Shown: positions 63,224-64,000 of the stretch, piece by piece
Layout: each line of letters opens with the position of its first letter
How positions within the stretch are numbered: the stretch's first letter is position 1
Assembly (NCBI GenBank): GCA_964431415.1
Contig: CAYSJS010000006.1
Coordinates: 252-64,251 of the forward strand
Direction of reading: 5' to 3'
DNA: 64,000 nucleotides
Source of the DNA: an uncultured Candidatus Saccharibacteria bacterium
GTDB lineage: Bacteria; Patescibacteriota; Saccharimonadia; Saccharimonadales; JACDBH01
Translations under genes and position numbers: made by a program
Notes under the pieces: model-generated
Seen by the model: only the letters and a program-made list of their open reading frames with translations
Told to the model about the DNA's origin: nothing
Database searches by the model: none

Positions 63224-63973
63224 ATGATATTAGAAGTCAAAAAATTGCGCAAAAGTTATGACGAACGGGTAGTAGTAAACGACATTAGCTTCTCGGTCAA
63301 AAAAGGTGAAATATTCGGAATACTGGGTCCGAATGGCGCCGGAAAAACTACGACGCTTGAAATGATAGAAGCGATGCGGCCAATCGATGGAGGCAGTGTG
63401 GTCTTAGACGGCATAAATGTAGCCGAGGATCCGGATAAAGTTAGACGCATCATTGGCGTGCAGCCGCAAAGCCCTGCGTTTCAGGACAAGACAAAGCTTT
63501 CTGAGCTGCTCGAAATGTTTGCGGCCGCTTACGGCGAAAGCGTTGATGCGAAGAAGTTTCTTGAAGAGGTAAACCTACTTGAAAAAGCGTCCAGTTATGT
63601 CGAACAACTGTCCGGCGGACAGAAACAGCGGTTTAGTATAGCAGCAGCGCTGGTGCATAATCCAAAAGTATTCTTTATGGATGAGCCAACAACCGGTCTT
63701 GATCCACAGGCCCGCCGAAACCTTTGGGAACTGGTACAGCAAATCAGGGACAGGGGCATCACGGTTATTATGACAACCCATTACATGGAAGAGGCCGAGC
63801 TTTTGTGTGACCGTGTAGCGGTTATGGACAACGGGTCGATTATTGCAATTGATTCACCAAAAAATTTGGTACAGCAGTTGCTGAAACGAGGCTTTAAAAA
63901 AAAGCAGCACGTGGAACAGGCAAATCTTGAAGATGTATTTATAGATCTAACAGGTAAGGCATTAAGGGACTAA
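63224..63973 (+). CDS. ABC transporter ATP-binding protein (ABC-2/drug-exporter type)
   Basis: GPNGAGKTT, LSGGQKQRFSIAAAL, FFMDEPTTGLD. Start chosen at MILEVKKL. Confidence 0.85.
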   Translation: MILEVKKLRKSYDERVVVNDISFSVKKGEIFGILGPNGAGKTTTLEMIEAMRPIDGGSVVLDGINVAEDPDKVRRIIGVQPQSPAFQDKTKLSELLEMFAAAYGESVDAKKFLEEVNLLEKASSYVEQLSGGQKQRFSIAAALVHNPKVFFMDEPTTGLDPQARRNLWELVQQIRDRGITVIMTTHYMEEAELLCDRVAVMDNGSIIAIDSPKNLVQQLLKRGFKKKQHVEQANLEDVFIDLTGKALRD

Positions 63974-63976
63974 CTA

Positions 63977-64000
63977 TGGACTTTAAAACACAATTAAAAA
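63977..64000 (+). CDS. Start of a downstream ORF (probable ABC-2 permease partner), truncated by the window edge
   Basis: ATG lies 4 nt after the ATPase stop. Only 8 codons are visible. Confidence 0.25.

Noticed and set aside
1-64000. Alternative genetic code (UGA or UAA reassignment), prompted by the in-frame TAA in the QueC-like gene and the CPR-like content
   Set aside because: Genes of expected length end on TGA (TS-fold, QueC-like, MazG-like, NUDIX), on TAA, and on TAG. No other conserved gene contains an in-frame stop. Standard code 11 fits.
1-64000. CRISPR arrays, IS elements or transposases, rRNA genes, prophage structural genes
   Set aside because: No regularly spaced short repeats, no DDE/HUH transposase motifs, no rRNA-like sequence and no capsid, tail or terminase-like ORFs were seen. 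The only recombinase is the serine recombinase at 17492-18799.

Overview
This 64 kb window looks bacterial and uses the standard genetic code: TGA, TAA and TAG all end well-formed genes. Coding density is about 90%. The content suggests a small-genome, CPR/Saccharibacteria-like organism: many membrane-anchored hypothetical proteins, an archaeal-type AspRS, and heavy investment in nucleotide-pool sanitation. That taxonomic placement is inference only. All protein calls come from reading motifs in the supplied translations; no HMM or BLAST search was possible.

Layout:
- 0-12 kb: envelope glycan genes (sugar transferase, O-antigen-ligase-like, GtrA), a LexA-DBD-only protein, and a 2038-aa surface protein (about 14 propeller-like blades, LamG, Fn3) next to a MacB-type ABC pair.
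- 12.1-24.6 kb: an AT-richer accessory region that starts at tRNA-Asn. It holds a GIY-YIG gene between a duplicated tRNA 5' half and the intact tRNA; a roughly 170-bp tRNA-trailer module present twice, bracketing a three-gene cargo (histidine phosphatase, NarK-like MFS, cytochrome-b/molybdopterin oxidoreductase fusion); an Rx4H (HEPN-like) protein; a large serine recombinase; a 1317-aa GIY-YIG-like/SF2-helicase/N6-MTase fusion; and a 311-aa MTase-like partner with no NPPY motif.
- 24.8-32.8 kb: small accessory genes plus a tightly coupled four-gene operon (thymidylate-synthase-fold enzyme, QueC-like PP-loop ATPase with one in-frame TAA, P-loop kinase, divergent HAM1 pyrophosphatase). Its gene logic resembles a modified-nucleotide pathway.
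- 33-64 kb: mostly housekeeping and transport genes (P-type ATPase, CorA-like, uppP, nadD, Kef-type antiporter, DsbA-like, aspS, AlkA, MutY-like, MazG, NUDIX, Mur ligase, CrtI-like, ABC). This stretch also has a cobalamin-riboswitch-like leader ahead of an unknown 439-aa protein and two Zn-ribbon mini-proteins, followed by a GC-rich 183-nt multi-hairpin element flanked by perfect 33-bp direct repeats.

No rRNA genes, CRISPR arrays or transposases were seen.

Best candidates for something new: the TS-fold/PP-loop/kinase/HAM1 operon, the helicase-MTase pair, the tRNA-embedded GIY-YIG cassette, and the riboswitch-like leader with its repeat-flanked RNA-like element.
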